From the NCBI GenBank assembly GCA_965223875.1, contig OZ245024.1:236015-300014 (forward strand): a stretch of DNA of 64,000 nt, read 5' to 3'. The first letter of the stretch is position 1, and each line of letters starts with the position of its first letter. Below the pieces are notes generated by a model, which made no database searches, had not been told where the DNA came from, and was given only the letters and a program-made list of their open reading frames with translations. Of the stretch, positions 52,278 through 60,611 are shown piece after piece. Source of the stretch: Candidatus Multivoradales bacterium (GTDB lineage: Bacteria; Acidobacteriota; Thermoanaerobaculia; Multivoradales; JAHEKO01). A program made the translations under genes and the position numbers.

Positions 52278-54905
52278 CTAGTACCCGGTGGGCTGACGGA
52301 GCTTGCGAACGATCAGCGCGACGGCGACCAGCAGGATGGGCAGGTAGAGCAGCCCGAGAGGCCCTGCGAGAGCGCCCAGCAGGTCGCCCACCTTGTCTCC
52401 GGCGGAGAGATCCGAGCGAACGATGGCGCCCAACGCGATGAGCGCGTCGACCGGATTCCAGCTCTTCGCCGCCCGGACGACCTCCTTCATCGCTTCGGGG
52501 GTGCCGAAGCCTCCGAGAGCCCGAACGGCGCTGCGACGGGCCTCGCCCTCGCCCCAGCGGGCAATCGACGACAGCGGCTCCACAGCGCGCTCGTCACCCG
52601 TCGCGACCAGGGCGGCGCAGGTCTCGCGGGAGCCGGCGACGCAATCGAGGACGAGGGACCCGAGGGGCTCACCGAAGGCGTCGAGGGCCTTGCGGGCCTC
52701 TGCCACGACCTCCGGGTCGGTATCGTCCATCGCGCCGACGAGCGCGTCGATCGCCTCTTGGCCTCCGATGACCGACAGAGCCCAGACGGCGGCCAGGCGG
52801 ACATCGACGTCGCGATCGCGCAGTCGTCGCGCGAGCACGGGCAGGGATTCCTCGGCTCTCAGCCGGCCCAGCGCCCAGGTGGAGGCCATGCGGACTCGGT
52901 CCACGGGGTCGGTCAGCAGCTCGGTCAGTCGCGCGGTGGCCCGATCGTCCCGGTTGCGCCCCACGTACCAGGCGCCGATCTCGCGCATCCTGGCCTCGCG
53001 ATCCTGCAGGGTACCGAGCAGGACGTCGTCGACCTCGGGTCCGCCGATCGATGCGAGCGCCTCGGCCGCCGCGATGCGGACACCGACCCGGACATCGTGG
53101 ACGTTCTCGAGCAGCGGACCGATCGACGTATCGTCTCCCACCCTCGCGAGGGTGGCCAGAGCGGTGAGTCGGATGCGCAGATCGGTCTCCTCGAGCGCCT
53201 CGTTCATCAGGGAGGTCGTCACCGGAGGACCGATCATGGCGAGAGCTCGAAGGGCCGAGCGGCGGGTTTGGATGTGGCTCTCCCGGTAGGCGTCGATCAG
53301 CGGCTTGATGGTTCGAGCCTGGTGCCGCGAGGCGAGAGCCATGATCGCCGCATCGTTGCCGTCGAGGGCGAGGAAGATGCGCCGGCCCACCGGATCCTCG
53401 AGGGCCGCGAGCGCGCGGGCGATCGTCTCCCGCGCACCAGCGTCGCGATCCCCCATCGCCCGGACCAGTGCCGCGATGGCGCTCTTGTCGCCGATCGCTC
53501 CGAGGGCCGTGGCCACGGCTTCGCGAACCCCCGGATCGGGGTCGTCCAGCGCCTCGATCAGCGGCTCGACCGCCCGCGGGTCTTCGAGGGCGCCGAGAGC
53601 CGCGGCGGCCGATGTCCGCACGACCACATCCTCGTTGCGGAGCAGGACGAGAAGGTCGGAGATCGACTCGGTCTCGCCGAGCTGGCCCAGGGCCGCCGCG
53701 GTGTGGATCTTGTTCTCGGTCCGCAGATCGTCCAGATCGTCCTTGAGGTTGGCCAGGAATCGCTCGCGATCGATCGCCTCGAGGGCCGCCGTGACGGTGG
53801 GACGCTCCTCGGAGGAACCGTTCCAGAAAGCCTCCATCAGAGGTTCGAAGGTCACCGGATCCGCACGAACGCGAAGGGTCTGGGCCGCGGCGATGCGGAC
53901 GCGCGGACTGATGTCGTCCAAAGTGTCGAGGATCGGTCGTAGGACCCGGGGGTCGTCGACCTCGGCGACCCTCGCCATGGCCTCTTCATCGCCATCCAGG
54001 GCGTCAGCGACCAGGCGACTCCAGGGAACTCCGAGATCCTCGAGGGAGATCGCGCAGCTGTGGCGCAGCCGTGGAACGGAATAGCCCATGCAGACGATCA
54101 GAGGGCGTACTGCCTCTTCCCCCTGCAGACGCGCCAGGCCGAGTGCGGCGGCGGCGCGGGCGTCGGGATCCTCCTCGTCATCGGCGAGAGTCTGGGCGAA
54201 GGGACCCGCGGCGCGGACGTAGCCACCGTCGACGATCTCTTCCAGGGCTTCATCCGAGCCGCGGAGAGCTTCCAGAATCAGACCGGCAACGGGAGCGCCG
54301 AGCCGGTCGAGGGCCTGGAGGGAGGCCTCTCGGACGACCCGACTCGGATCCGACGCCAGGTCGACGAGCTGTGGGATCGAGCCGTCGTCGCCGAGGCGCG
54401 CCAGAGCCTCGGCCGTTGCGGCTCGAACCGAGACCGCCGGATCGCCGAGCGCCACCGTGACGGGTCCGATGGCGCGTGGATCCCTGAGCAGGCCGAGGGT
54501 TCGGGCCGCCGCGGCGCGGACCTCGATGACCGGATGGTCGAGGGCGGTGACGAAAGCTGGAAGGACCTCCGGCGCGCCGAGCTCGGAGAGCTCGATCATC
54601 GACAGCAGCGAGCCCTGCAGGCACTCGCAGACCAGGCTCCCGAAGCCGACGCCACGGGTCGTCAGCTCGCGCGAGGCTTTCTGGCAGGCATCGTTCTCCG
54701 GTCCGCCGAGGGCGGCGATGAGCTCCCCGACGCTGACCTCCCCGACGCTGACCTCGTCGACGCTGGCCTCCTCCTGGGACCGGAGCGGCTCCTGCGAGCG
54801 GGTCGGCCAGGGTCCTACGAGCGCGAGAAGGAGCGTCGCCGCGGCGACCAGAAGGGGCGGACGATGGCGGGCGAAGTGGCCTGAGCGGTGTGCTTTCGAG
54901 CTCAT
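52278..54905 (-). CDS. HEAT-repeat (PBS-lyase-type) protein, 875 aa, with an N-terminal signal peptide and a C-terminal TM anchor
   Basis: More than 20 HEAT-like repeats (xVRxxAAxALGxLGDPRAVxPL). C-terminal LLYLPILLVAVALIV. The start overlaps the stop of the upstream GT4 gene (ATGA). Confidence 0.7.
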   Translation of the reverse strand: MSSKAHRSGHFARHRPPLLVAAATLLLALVGPWPTRSQEPLRSQEEASVDEVSVGEVSVGELIAALGGPENDACQKASRELTTRGVGFGSLVCECLQGSLLSMIELSELGAPEVLPAFVTALDHPVIEVRAAAARTLGLLRDPRAIGPVTVALGDPAVSVRAATAEALARLGDDGSIPQLVDLASDPSRVVREASLQALDRLGAPVAGLILEALRGSDEALEEIVDGGYVRAAGPFAQTLADDEEDPDARAAAALGLARLQGEEAVRPLIVCMGYSVPRLRHSCAISLEDLGVPWSRLVADALDGDEEAMARVAEVDDPRVLRPILDTLDDISPRVRIAAAQTLRVRADPVTFEPLMEAFWNGSSEERPTVTAALEAIDRERFLANLKDDLDDLRTENKIHTAAALGQLGETESISDLLVLLRNEDVVVRTSAAAALGALEDPRAVEPLIEALDDPDPGVREAVATALGAIGDKSAIAALVRAMGDRDAGARETIARALAALEDPVGRRIFLALDGNDAAIMALASRHQARTIKPLIDAYRESHIQTRRSALRALAMIGPPVTTSLMNEALEETDLRIRLTALATLARVGDDTSIGPLLENVHDVRVGVRIAAAEALASIGGPEVDDVLLGTLQDREARMREIGAWYVGRNRDDRATARLTELLTDPVDRVRMASTWALGRLRAEESLPVLARRLRDRDVDVRLAAVWALSVIGGQEAIDALVGAMDDTDPEVVAEARKALDAFGEPLGSLVLDCVAGSRETCAALVATGDERAVEPLSSIARWGEGEARRSAVRALGGFGTPEAMKEVVRAAKSWNPVDALIALGAIVRSDLSAGDKVGDLLGALAGPLGLLYLPILLVAVALIVRKLRQPTGY

Positions 54906-56101
54906 GGGGTCGATCTCTCGTCTGGCTTTCCCTCGTCGAAGGCGGCGACGGCCGCATCATAGAGTGTCGAGACGCGTTCTCTGAAGCTGTCCGGGCCGAG
55001 TTGCACCTCCGCCCAGCCCCGGGCGGATCTCGCCAGGCTGTCCGCCCGTTCCGGGTCACGGAGAATCATCGTAATGGACGCGGCCAGATCGCGCGCCGAC
55101 ATCGGTACGAGCAGAGCCCGGTCGTCGTCCAGGACAGTCCGGTGGGTCGGCGTGTCGGTGGCGACGATCGGTTTCCCGGCGCTGAGGTAGTCGAAGATCT
55201 TGAGTGGCAGGTTGCCGCCATGGTTCCGGGGTGAGACCAGGACGTCGGCAGCGGCGACGTAGGCCGCCATCCTCGACCGGGGTTGCCTGTCGACCAGGCG
55301 CAGGGCGCCTGAACGCTCGAGCTCTGCGACCGCCTCCGGAGGGCCCGGGAGATCCTCGTGCCGGCCACCGACGAGAACGAACAGGGCTTCGGGAACCTCT
55401 CGCTGGACCCGGGAGACGGCCTGCAGCAGCAGCGGGACCCCCTGATAGCCGGAGAAGTTGCCGGTGTAGAGGACGATCCTGGACGCGGCATCGATGCCAA
55501 GCTCGCGACGCAGCCCGGTAACGACCTCGGGGTCGGTCTCCACCCGATCGGGCACGAACCACCACTCGTGCACCTCGGCATCGGGATCGATGCTCCTGAC
55601 GTGATCGGCCAGGCCACAGCTGCATCCGATCGCGTCGCTGTGCCGGATCAACCAGGACTCGGCACGCTCGAGGCCCGGCTGGATCAGGGAGCTGCCGAGG
55701 AGCGGGTGCGACTCGAGCTGCTCCGGAAGGCTCGATTGCATGTCGTAGACCAACGGCAGACCGCGCCGGTGAGCGAGGGCGACGCCGAAGAAGGCCGCCT
55801 CTTCAACGGCATGGACCACGTCGTACTTCCGCTCGTGGAGGAGGCGTCGGGTCGCGGCTACCAGGCGCAGGTCGAGCCAGGCCTTGCGGGGCGAGAAGCC
55901 GATCGGCACGTCGCGACCGGCTCCCGGGTTGCCTATCCGGTGGATCTCGAGGCCGGGCGCTACGACGTCCTCCCCGGTGGGAAAGGTCAGCAGGTCGATC
56001 TGATGACCCAGCTCGCCCAGCGCCACCACCACCTGCCGCACGGCGATCGGCGTTCCCCGATCGCGGTAGAAGGGTTGCGGGGCCACCAGCAGGACGCGCA
56101 T
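54902..56101 (-). CDS. family 4 glycosyltransferase
   Basis: GT-B fold: MRVLLVAPQPFY..GTPIAV, then the C-terminal EX7E-type region. Confidence 0.8.
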   Translation of the reverse strand: MRVLLVAPQPFYRDRGTPIAVRQVVVALGELGHQIDLLTFPTGEDVVAPGLEIHRIGNPGAGRDVPIGFSPRKAWLDLRLVAATRRLLHERKYDVVHAVEEAAFFGVALAHRRGLPLVYDMQSSLPEQLESHPLLGSSLIQPGLERAESWLIRHSDAIGCSCGLADHVRSIDPDAEVHEWWFVPDRVETDPEVVTGLRRELGIDAASRIVLYTGNFSGYQGVPLLLQAVSRVQREVPEALFVLVGGRHEDLPGPPEAVAELERSGALRLVDRQPRSRMAAYVAAADVLVSPRNHGGNLPLKIFDYLSAGKPIVATDTPTHRTVLDDDRALLVPMSARDLAASITMILRDPERADSLARSARGWAEVQLGPDSFRERVSTLYDAAVAAFDEGKPDERSTP

Positions 56102-56132
56102 GGCTCCCGGAGCGTCGCGCCCCCGGGGCGCG

Positions 56133-56810
56133 TCACTCCGACTCGGACTCCTCCTTCGGCCTGCGAACCTGGCCGCGGGGCGACTCGAACACGGTCTGCT
56201 CGTCCGCGAGGCGGACCAGCCTCACGTCGGCCAGCTCGACCGAGTAGCGGTTGCCGCCGAAGTTGAACTGGAGAGAGGCGGCGTCCTCGTCCTCTTCGAT
56301 GAAGACCCGGGTCTGGTAGCTCTTCCAGAGCGGAGTCACCTTGACTTCGATGACAGTTCCCAATCCTCGATAGGGAGGTGTGGCCTGCGACGCGCCGACG
56401 CTGAACTCGCGCGGTCCGTCGGCCCGGGCGCGGAAGCGGACCGCGTATCCCGTCTTGCCCTCAAGGGGGAATGGCCCGAGTCCGAGGCGGATGTGCCAGG
56501 CGAGGCCCGTCGGCACGCGACCGATGGCCACCCGGGGCTGGCTCCGGTCTCCGGTCGGGAACTCCAGCTCGGCTTCGTTGCCGAGGCGGTTGCGCAGAGC
56601 CCAGGTCACGCGTCGTTCCCTGCCCGGCCGTGGGGTCGAGGTGCTCTCCGCGACCTCCTCCTGTTCGGGCGCCTCCCCTTCCGCGGTGGGCGGGCCGACC
56701 GGTTCCTCTGCCGCCGGGTCCGCGGTCTCCTGCGCCCAGGTGAGAGAGGCGAGAAAGACGAGCGCGGTCGAAGCTGTCAGGCGTCTCCAGGGCGATCCGT
56801 CGGCGAACAT
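56133..56810 (-). CDS. secreted CBM-like beta-sandwich protein
   Basis: Signal peptide, an acidic linker, then a domain (GYAVRFRARADG..SLQFNFGGNRYSVELADVRLVRL) resembling the C-terminal domains of the two GT-C-like proteins. Confidence 0.45.
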   Translation of the reverse strand: MFADGSPWRRLTASTALVFLASLTWAQETADPAAEEPVGPPTAEGEAPEQEEVAESTSTPRPGRERRVTWALRNRLGNEAELEFPTGDRSQPRVAIGRVPTGLAWHIRLGLGPFPLEGKTGYAVRFRARADGPREFSVGASQATPPYRGLGTVIEVKVTPLWKSYQTRVFIEEDEDAASLQFNFGGNRYSVELADVRLVRLADEQTVFESPRGQVRRPKEESESE

Positions 56811-56835
56811 GTCTCGGTTCTCTCCTGACCCGAGC

Positions 56836-58986
56836 TCAGCGGGAGACGCGCTCGGCCACGACTCTTGCGAGCCAGCGTATCAAACTGCCGGAGCGTCTCA
56901 GGATCATGATCAACAGATCGAATCGCTCCCGCTGGCTCATGCTGCCATCCGCGAGGCGAATCCGTGGATCGAGGTCGCTCGACTCAAGAACCGCGCGGCT
57001 CGACTCGTCCTCCATGCGCTCGAGGAGGATCGAGCGCATGCGGAGGCTGGCCGGGTACGAGGGCTCGGTCCGCTCCGGGTCGGATTGGCGTGCGAGGACC
57101 TCGGGGAGCGACACGGCCGACCAGCCGGAGAGCAGGATGGCGTTGACGAGGTCCCAGAGCGCGAAGGAGCCGCGCAGGGCGGGTCGGAAGGGCCCCGCGC
57201 CGGTCAGAGCGTCCCAGCGGAAGACGCTTCCCGGAGCCGCGTCATTGCGCAGCCACTGGGCGGGCAGCTCCGGGCAGGGGCGGATGCGGTAGGGGCACTC
57301 GCCGGACCGCTGCTCGGTCCAGAACGAGACGACGCCGATCTCGGCCCGCCGCTCGAGCACGGCGGTAGAGCGTTCGATGAAGCGCGGCTCGAAGTGATCC
57401 GATGCGGTGGCGAAGGCGACGCCGATGGGCTCGACTTCCTGACTCTCGAGGGCGGCGAGCGCCGCATTGGCTGCCGATGCGGTGCTCCCGTGGCGGGCCA
57501 TGGGGATCAGCCGGGTGTGCTCGGACCAACCCGCGAGATCCTCCTCGCTCCACTCCCCTCCCAGGACGATGGCCCGTGGCGGTACAGACTGCGCCTTGAG
57601 CGAGGGGATACAACTCCTTCGAGCGGCGTCGGGTGCGGAATCGAGGTCCTCGCCGACGACGATCGCGACACCGGTCCCGCTGCCGACCTCGACGGGCGGT
57701 CTGCCGGCCACGCTGGTGAGAAGAGACCTCTCGGCACCGCGCGCCACCACCCGGCGCCGGAAATCGAGCTGGCGGCTAATCACCTCCTCGTTGTCGCACT
57801 GCTGACGAACCCGGCGGATGGCCTCGCGACCCATCTCGGCGAGACGTTCCGGACCGGTGGCGAGCGCCCGCTCGAGCGTCCGTGCCAGCTCCACGTCGTC
57901 AGAGTCGGCGGCGAGCCATCCGGAGCGCCCGTCCTCGACGAGCTCGGCCATGCCGCCTTCGCGGGTCGTGAGTACGGGCAACCCGGAGGACATCGCCTCG
58001 ATGCAGGTGTTCGGATAGTTGTCCCAGCGTGACGGGACCACGCACAGAGAGGCTTCGGACAGGTAGCGGGTGACCTCGGAACGGGGCCGCCGGCCGTGGA
58101 AGCGGAACCGATCGCGCAGCTGTGTGGGTATCCGCCGTTCGACGATCGCCCAGCCGGGCAGGGTGCCGTCCCCGAGGACGTTCTCGCCGACGAAATCGAA
58201 ACTGCACCGGGGGTCCCGGCTGGCGACGGCGACCGCGGCGTCGAGCCACTCGAGAACGCCCTTGCGCCCCTCCAGCCGGCCCAGATAGCAGATGCGGCGT
58301 GACTCCCATACAGCCGGTCGGCGCTCGATCGGAGCGATCTCCCCGACCGGATAGCCGATGATCTCGATCTCGCTCTCGGGTCTCCCGTATCGGGCGGCGA
58401 CCTGGGCGGCCAGGTATCGGCTCGGACTCAACACCGCGTCCGCGGTGCGGATGCTGTAGCCCTCGTAGCGCGCCGCGATCAGCCCGGGGTGCCCGATCTG
58501 GTAGTCGTTGTTGCGCAGGATCAGCTCGGTCGGCGAGTGCAGATGAACGATCACCGGGGCCGTCGGAGCGTCGCTGAGCCCGAGAGCGCGCCGCAGCAGC
58601 AGGAAGTAGAGCGGCGCCTCGTACTCCTGAGCTTCGATGACGTCGATCGCTTCGTCGGCGGCGAGTCGCTCCGCGAGTTGCGCCGCCTGCCAGGCGAAGG
58701 CGAGCGGGTAGTACTCGCTGGCGAACAGCCGGCGAGCCTCCTGGGGAAGAGCGGCATGCGGTCGTCTAGGCAGGCGCGAGCGCCAATCGATCCAGGGAAG
58801 GCGGTGCACGGTGAGGTGACCGCCTCGGGTGATCTCGACGCTCTCCTCGGCGTCGGCCCACTGCTGGGCGATGACGTGGACGGTCTCTCCATGCGCGGCG
58901 AGAAGCTGCGCGATGTTGCGCGCGTAGGTACCGATGCCGCCGCCGTGTGCGGGCGGATACTCGGGACAGATGAGCAGGTGCCTCAT
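56836..58986 (-). CDS. bifunctional glycosyltransferase (N-terminal GT4 plus a C-terminal additional domain)
   Basis: N-terminal GT-B/GT4 (MRHLLICPEYPPAHGGGIGTY .. VVPSRWDNYPNTCIEAMSSGLPV). C-terminal region of about 300 aa of unclear family. Confidence 0.65.
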   Translation of the reverse strand: MRHLLICPEYPPAHGGGIGTYARNIAQLLAAHGETVHVIAQQWADAEESVEITRGGHLTVHRLPWIDWRSRLPRRPHAALPQEARRLFASEYYPLAFAWQAAQLAERLAADEAIDVIEAQEYEAPLYFLLLRRALGLSDAPTAPVIVHLHSPTELILRNNDYQIGHPGLIAARYEGYSIRTADAVLSPSRYLAAQVAARYGRPESEIEIIGYPVGEIAPIERRPAVWESRRICYLGRLEGRKGVLEWLDAAVAVASRDPRCSFDFVGENVLGDGTLPGWAIVERRIPTQLRDRFRFHGRRPRSEVTRYLSEASLCVVPSRWDNYPNTCIEAMSSGLPVLTTREGGMAELVEDGRSGWLAADSDDVELARTLERALATGPERLAEMGREAIRRVRQQCDNEEVISRQLDFRRRVVARGAERSLLTSVAGRPPVEVGSGTGVAIVVGEDLDSAPDAARRSCIPSLKAQSVPPRAIVLGGEWSEEDLAGWSEHTRLIPMARHGSTASAANAALAALESQEVEPIGVAFATASDHFEPRFIERSTAVLERRAEIGVVSFWTEQRSGECPYRIRPCPELPAQWLRNDAAPGSVFRWDALTGAGPFRPALRGSFALWDLVNAILLSGWSAVSLPEVLARQSDPERTEPSYPASLRMRSILLERMEDESSRAVLESSDLDPRIRLADGSMSQRERFDLLIMILRRSGSLIRWLARVVAERVSR

Positions 58987-59020
58987 TCCGCGTCGGGGAG
59001 CCGTGGCATGCCTTCGGCGG

Positions 59021-59752
59021 CTAGCCGTCCCAGGCCCAATAGGCCTCCATGACGGTGTCGGCGTCGCCGGTCATCTTGACCCGCCCCTGATCGAGCCACA
59101 CCGCGCGCTCACACAGACCTCTCGCTGTCTCCAGGTCGTGCGTCACCACTACCAGGGTGCCGCCTCCGGCGCGGAACTCGCGCAGACGGTCGAGGCACTT
59201 CTCCCGGAACTCGCGATCCCCCACCGCGAGCACCTCGTCGAGGATGAGCACCTCGGCCTCGACGCAGACGGCGACCGCGAAGGCGAGTCGGGCCTGCATG
59301 CCGGAGGAGTAGTACTTGACCGGCGTCTCGATGAAGTCTCCGATGTCGGCGAAATCGACGATCTCCTCGTAGCGCTCGCGCAGTGCCTGACGGGACAGCC
59401 CCATGATGGCTCCATAGAGTGCCACGTTCTCGGCGCCGGTCAGGTCGGGCTGGAATCCGGCACCGAGCTCGATGACCGTCGCCACCCGACCGTTCACCTC
59501 GATCGTGCCGGAGGTCGGCTCGTAGATGCCGGCCATGAGTCGCAGGGAGGTGCTCTTGCCGGCACCGTTGCGCCCGATCAGGACGACGCCCTCCCCCGCT
59601 TCGACGGTGAGGTCGAGGCCCTCGAGCGAGAATTCGGGCCGCTTCACACTGATCGGCTGGCGGCGGACCGTACGGCGAAAAATCTCGCGCAACGAGGTCG
59701 TCCGGTGCTCGTAGATGTAGAACCGTTTGACCACATCGCGGCAGACGATCAT
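59021..59752 (-). CDS. ABC transporter ATP-binding protein (Wzt/TagH-like polysaccharide exporter)
   Basis: Walker A GRNGAGKST, the signature YSSGMQARL and Walker B ILILDE. Start moved to MIVCRDVVK. Confidence 0.8.
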   Translation of the reverse strand: MIVCRDVVKRFYIYEHRTTSLREIFRRTVRRQPISVKRPEFSLEGLDLTVEAGEGVVLIGRNGAGKSTSLRLMAGIYEPTSGTIEVNGRVATVIELGAGFQPDLTGAENVALYGAIMGLSRQALRERYEEIVDFADIGDFIETPVKYYSSGMQARLAFAVAVCVEAEVLILDEVLAVGDREFREKCLDRLREFRAGGGTLVVVTHDLETARGLCERAVWLDQGRVKMTGDADTVMEAYWAWDG

Positions 59753-59768
59753 CGGCCGCGCGGTGGCG

Positions 59769-60611
59769 TCAGACGATTTCAGCGGCGATGGCTTTGTATC
59801 GATTGAAGATGGCATAGCCGATGACGAACAGGACCAGACCGAGGGCGGTGGCCCCAGCCAGCGTCAACAGATCCGGCACTCTCCCGTGGTAGAGCACTTC
59901 CTGGAAGAGCGTGAGGATGGGTGCGAACGGGTTCACGATGTACCAGATCTGGAACGCTTCGGGTACGAAGTCGATGGGATAGAAGACGGGCGTCAGGTAG
60001 AAGAGGGCCACGATGACGATCGGCAGTACGTGCTGGGCATCGCGGTAGAAGGTCGAGACGGTGGCGATCGGCAGGGCCAGGCCGGCGGTCACCAGGGTCA
60101 GGGGGATGAAGAGGACGGGAACGAAGAGGAAGCTCATCGGCACCGCCTGGTGGTGGCCGACAGCGAGGACCAGCGCCACGAGGACGATCTCGGCGGAGAA
60201 TTCGATCACCCTCGTAGCGATCGCGGAGAAGACCAGAATCTCGCTCGGGAAACGGACGCTGCGACGCAGGCTGCCGTGATTCGCCAGGATCGTCGTCGAC
60301 GAGCTGAGACCCTGGGAGATGGTGTTCCAGGCGAAGAAGCCGCTCAGCAGGAAGGCCCAGTAGTGGTTCATCGGGATCTTCACGATGTGGGTGAAGACCG
60401 CCGACAGGATCGCCACCATGAAGAGGGGGTTGAGCAACGTCCAGAGAAAGCCGAGCAGGGACCGCTCGTACTTCACCTTGAGGCCCCAGCGCACGAGGTT
60501 GCGCAGCAGCTCGCGGTAACGCCAGACCTCTCGGAAGTGCCCCAGGAACGAGGTTCTCCGGCCGCCGCCGGCGAGCGTCCCGGCGTCGCCCGATCGCATC
60601 GAAAGACTCAA
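59769..60611 (-). CDS. ABC-2 type transporter permease (Wzm/TagG-like)
   Basis: Six TM helices and the ABC-2 signature region. ATGA overlap with the upstream GT-C paralog. Confidence 0.8.
   Translation of the reverse strand: MSLSMRSGDAGTLAGGGRRTSFLGHFREVWRYRELLRNLVRWGLKVKYERSLLGFLWTLLNPLFMVAILSAVFTHIVKIPMNHYWAFLLSGFFAWNTISQGLSSSTTILANHGSLRRSVRFPSEILVFSAIATRVIEFSAEIVLVALVLAVGHHQAVPMSFLFVPVLFIPLTLVTAGLALPIATVSTFYRDAQHVLPIVIVALFYLTPVFYPIDFVPEAFQIWYIVNPFAPILTLFQEVLYHGRVPDLLTLAGATALGLVLFVIGYAIFNRYKAIAAEIV

Noticed and set aside
52393-54084. Plus-strand ORFs (298 aa, 259 aa) opposite the HEAT-repeat gene
   Set aside because: Antisense to a gene with more than 20 clear HEAT repeats. Ser/Arg/Ala-rich mirror translation.
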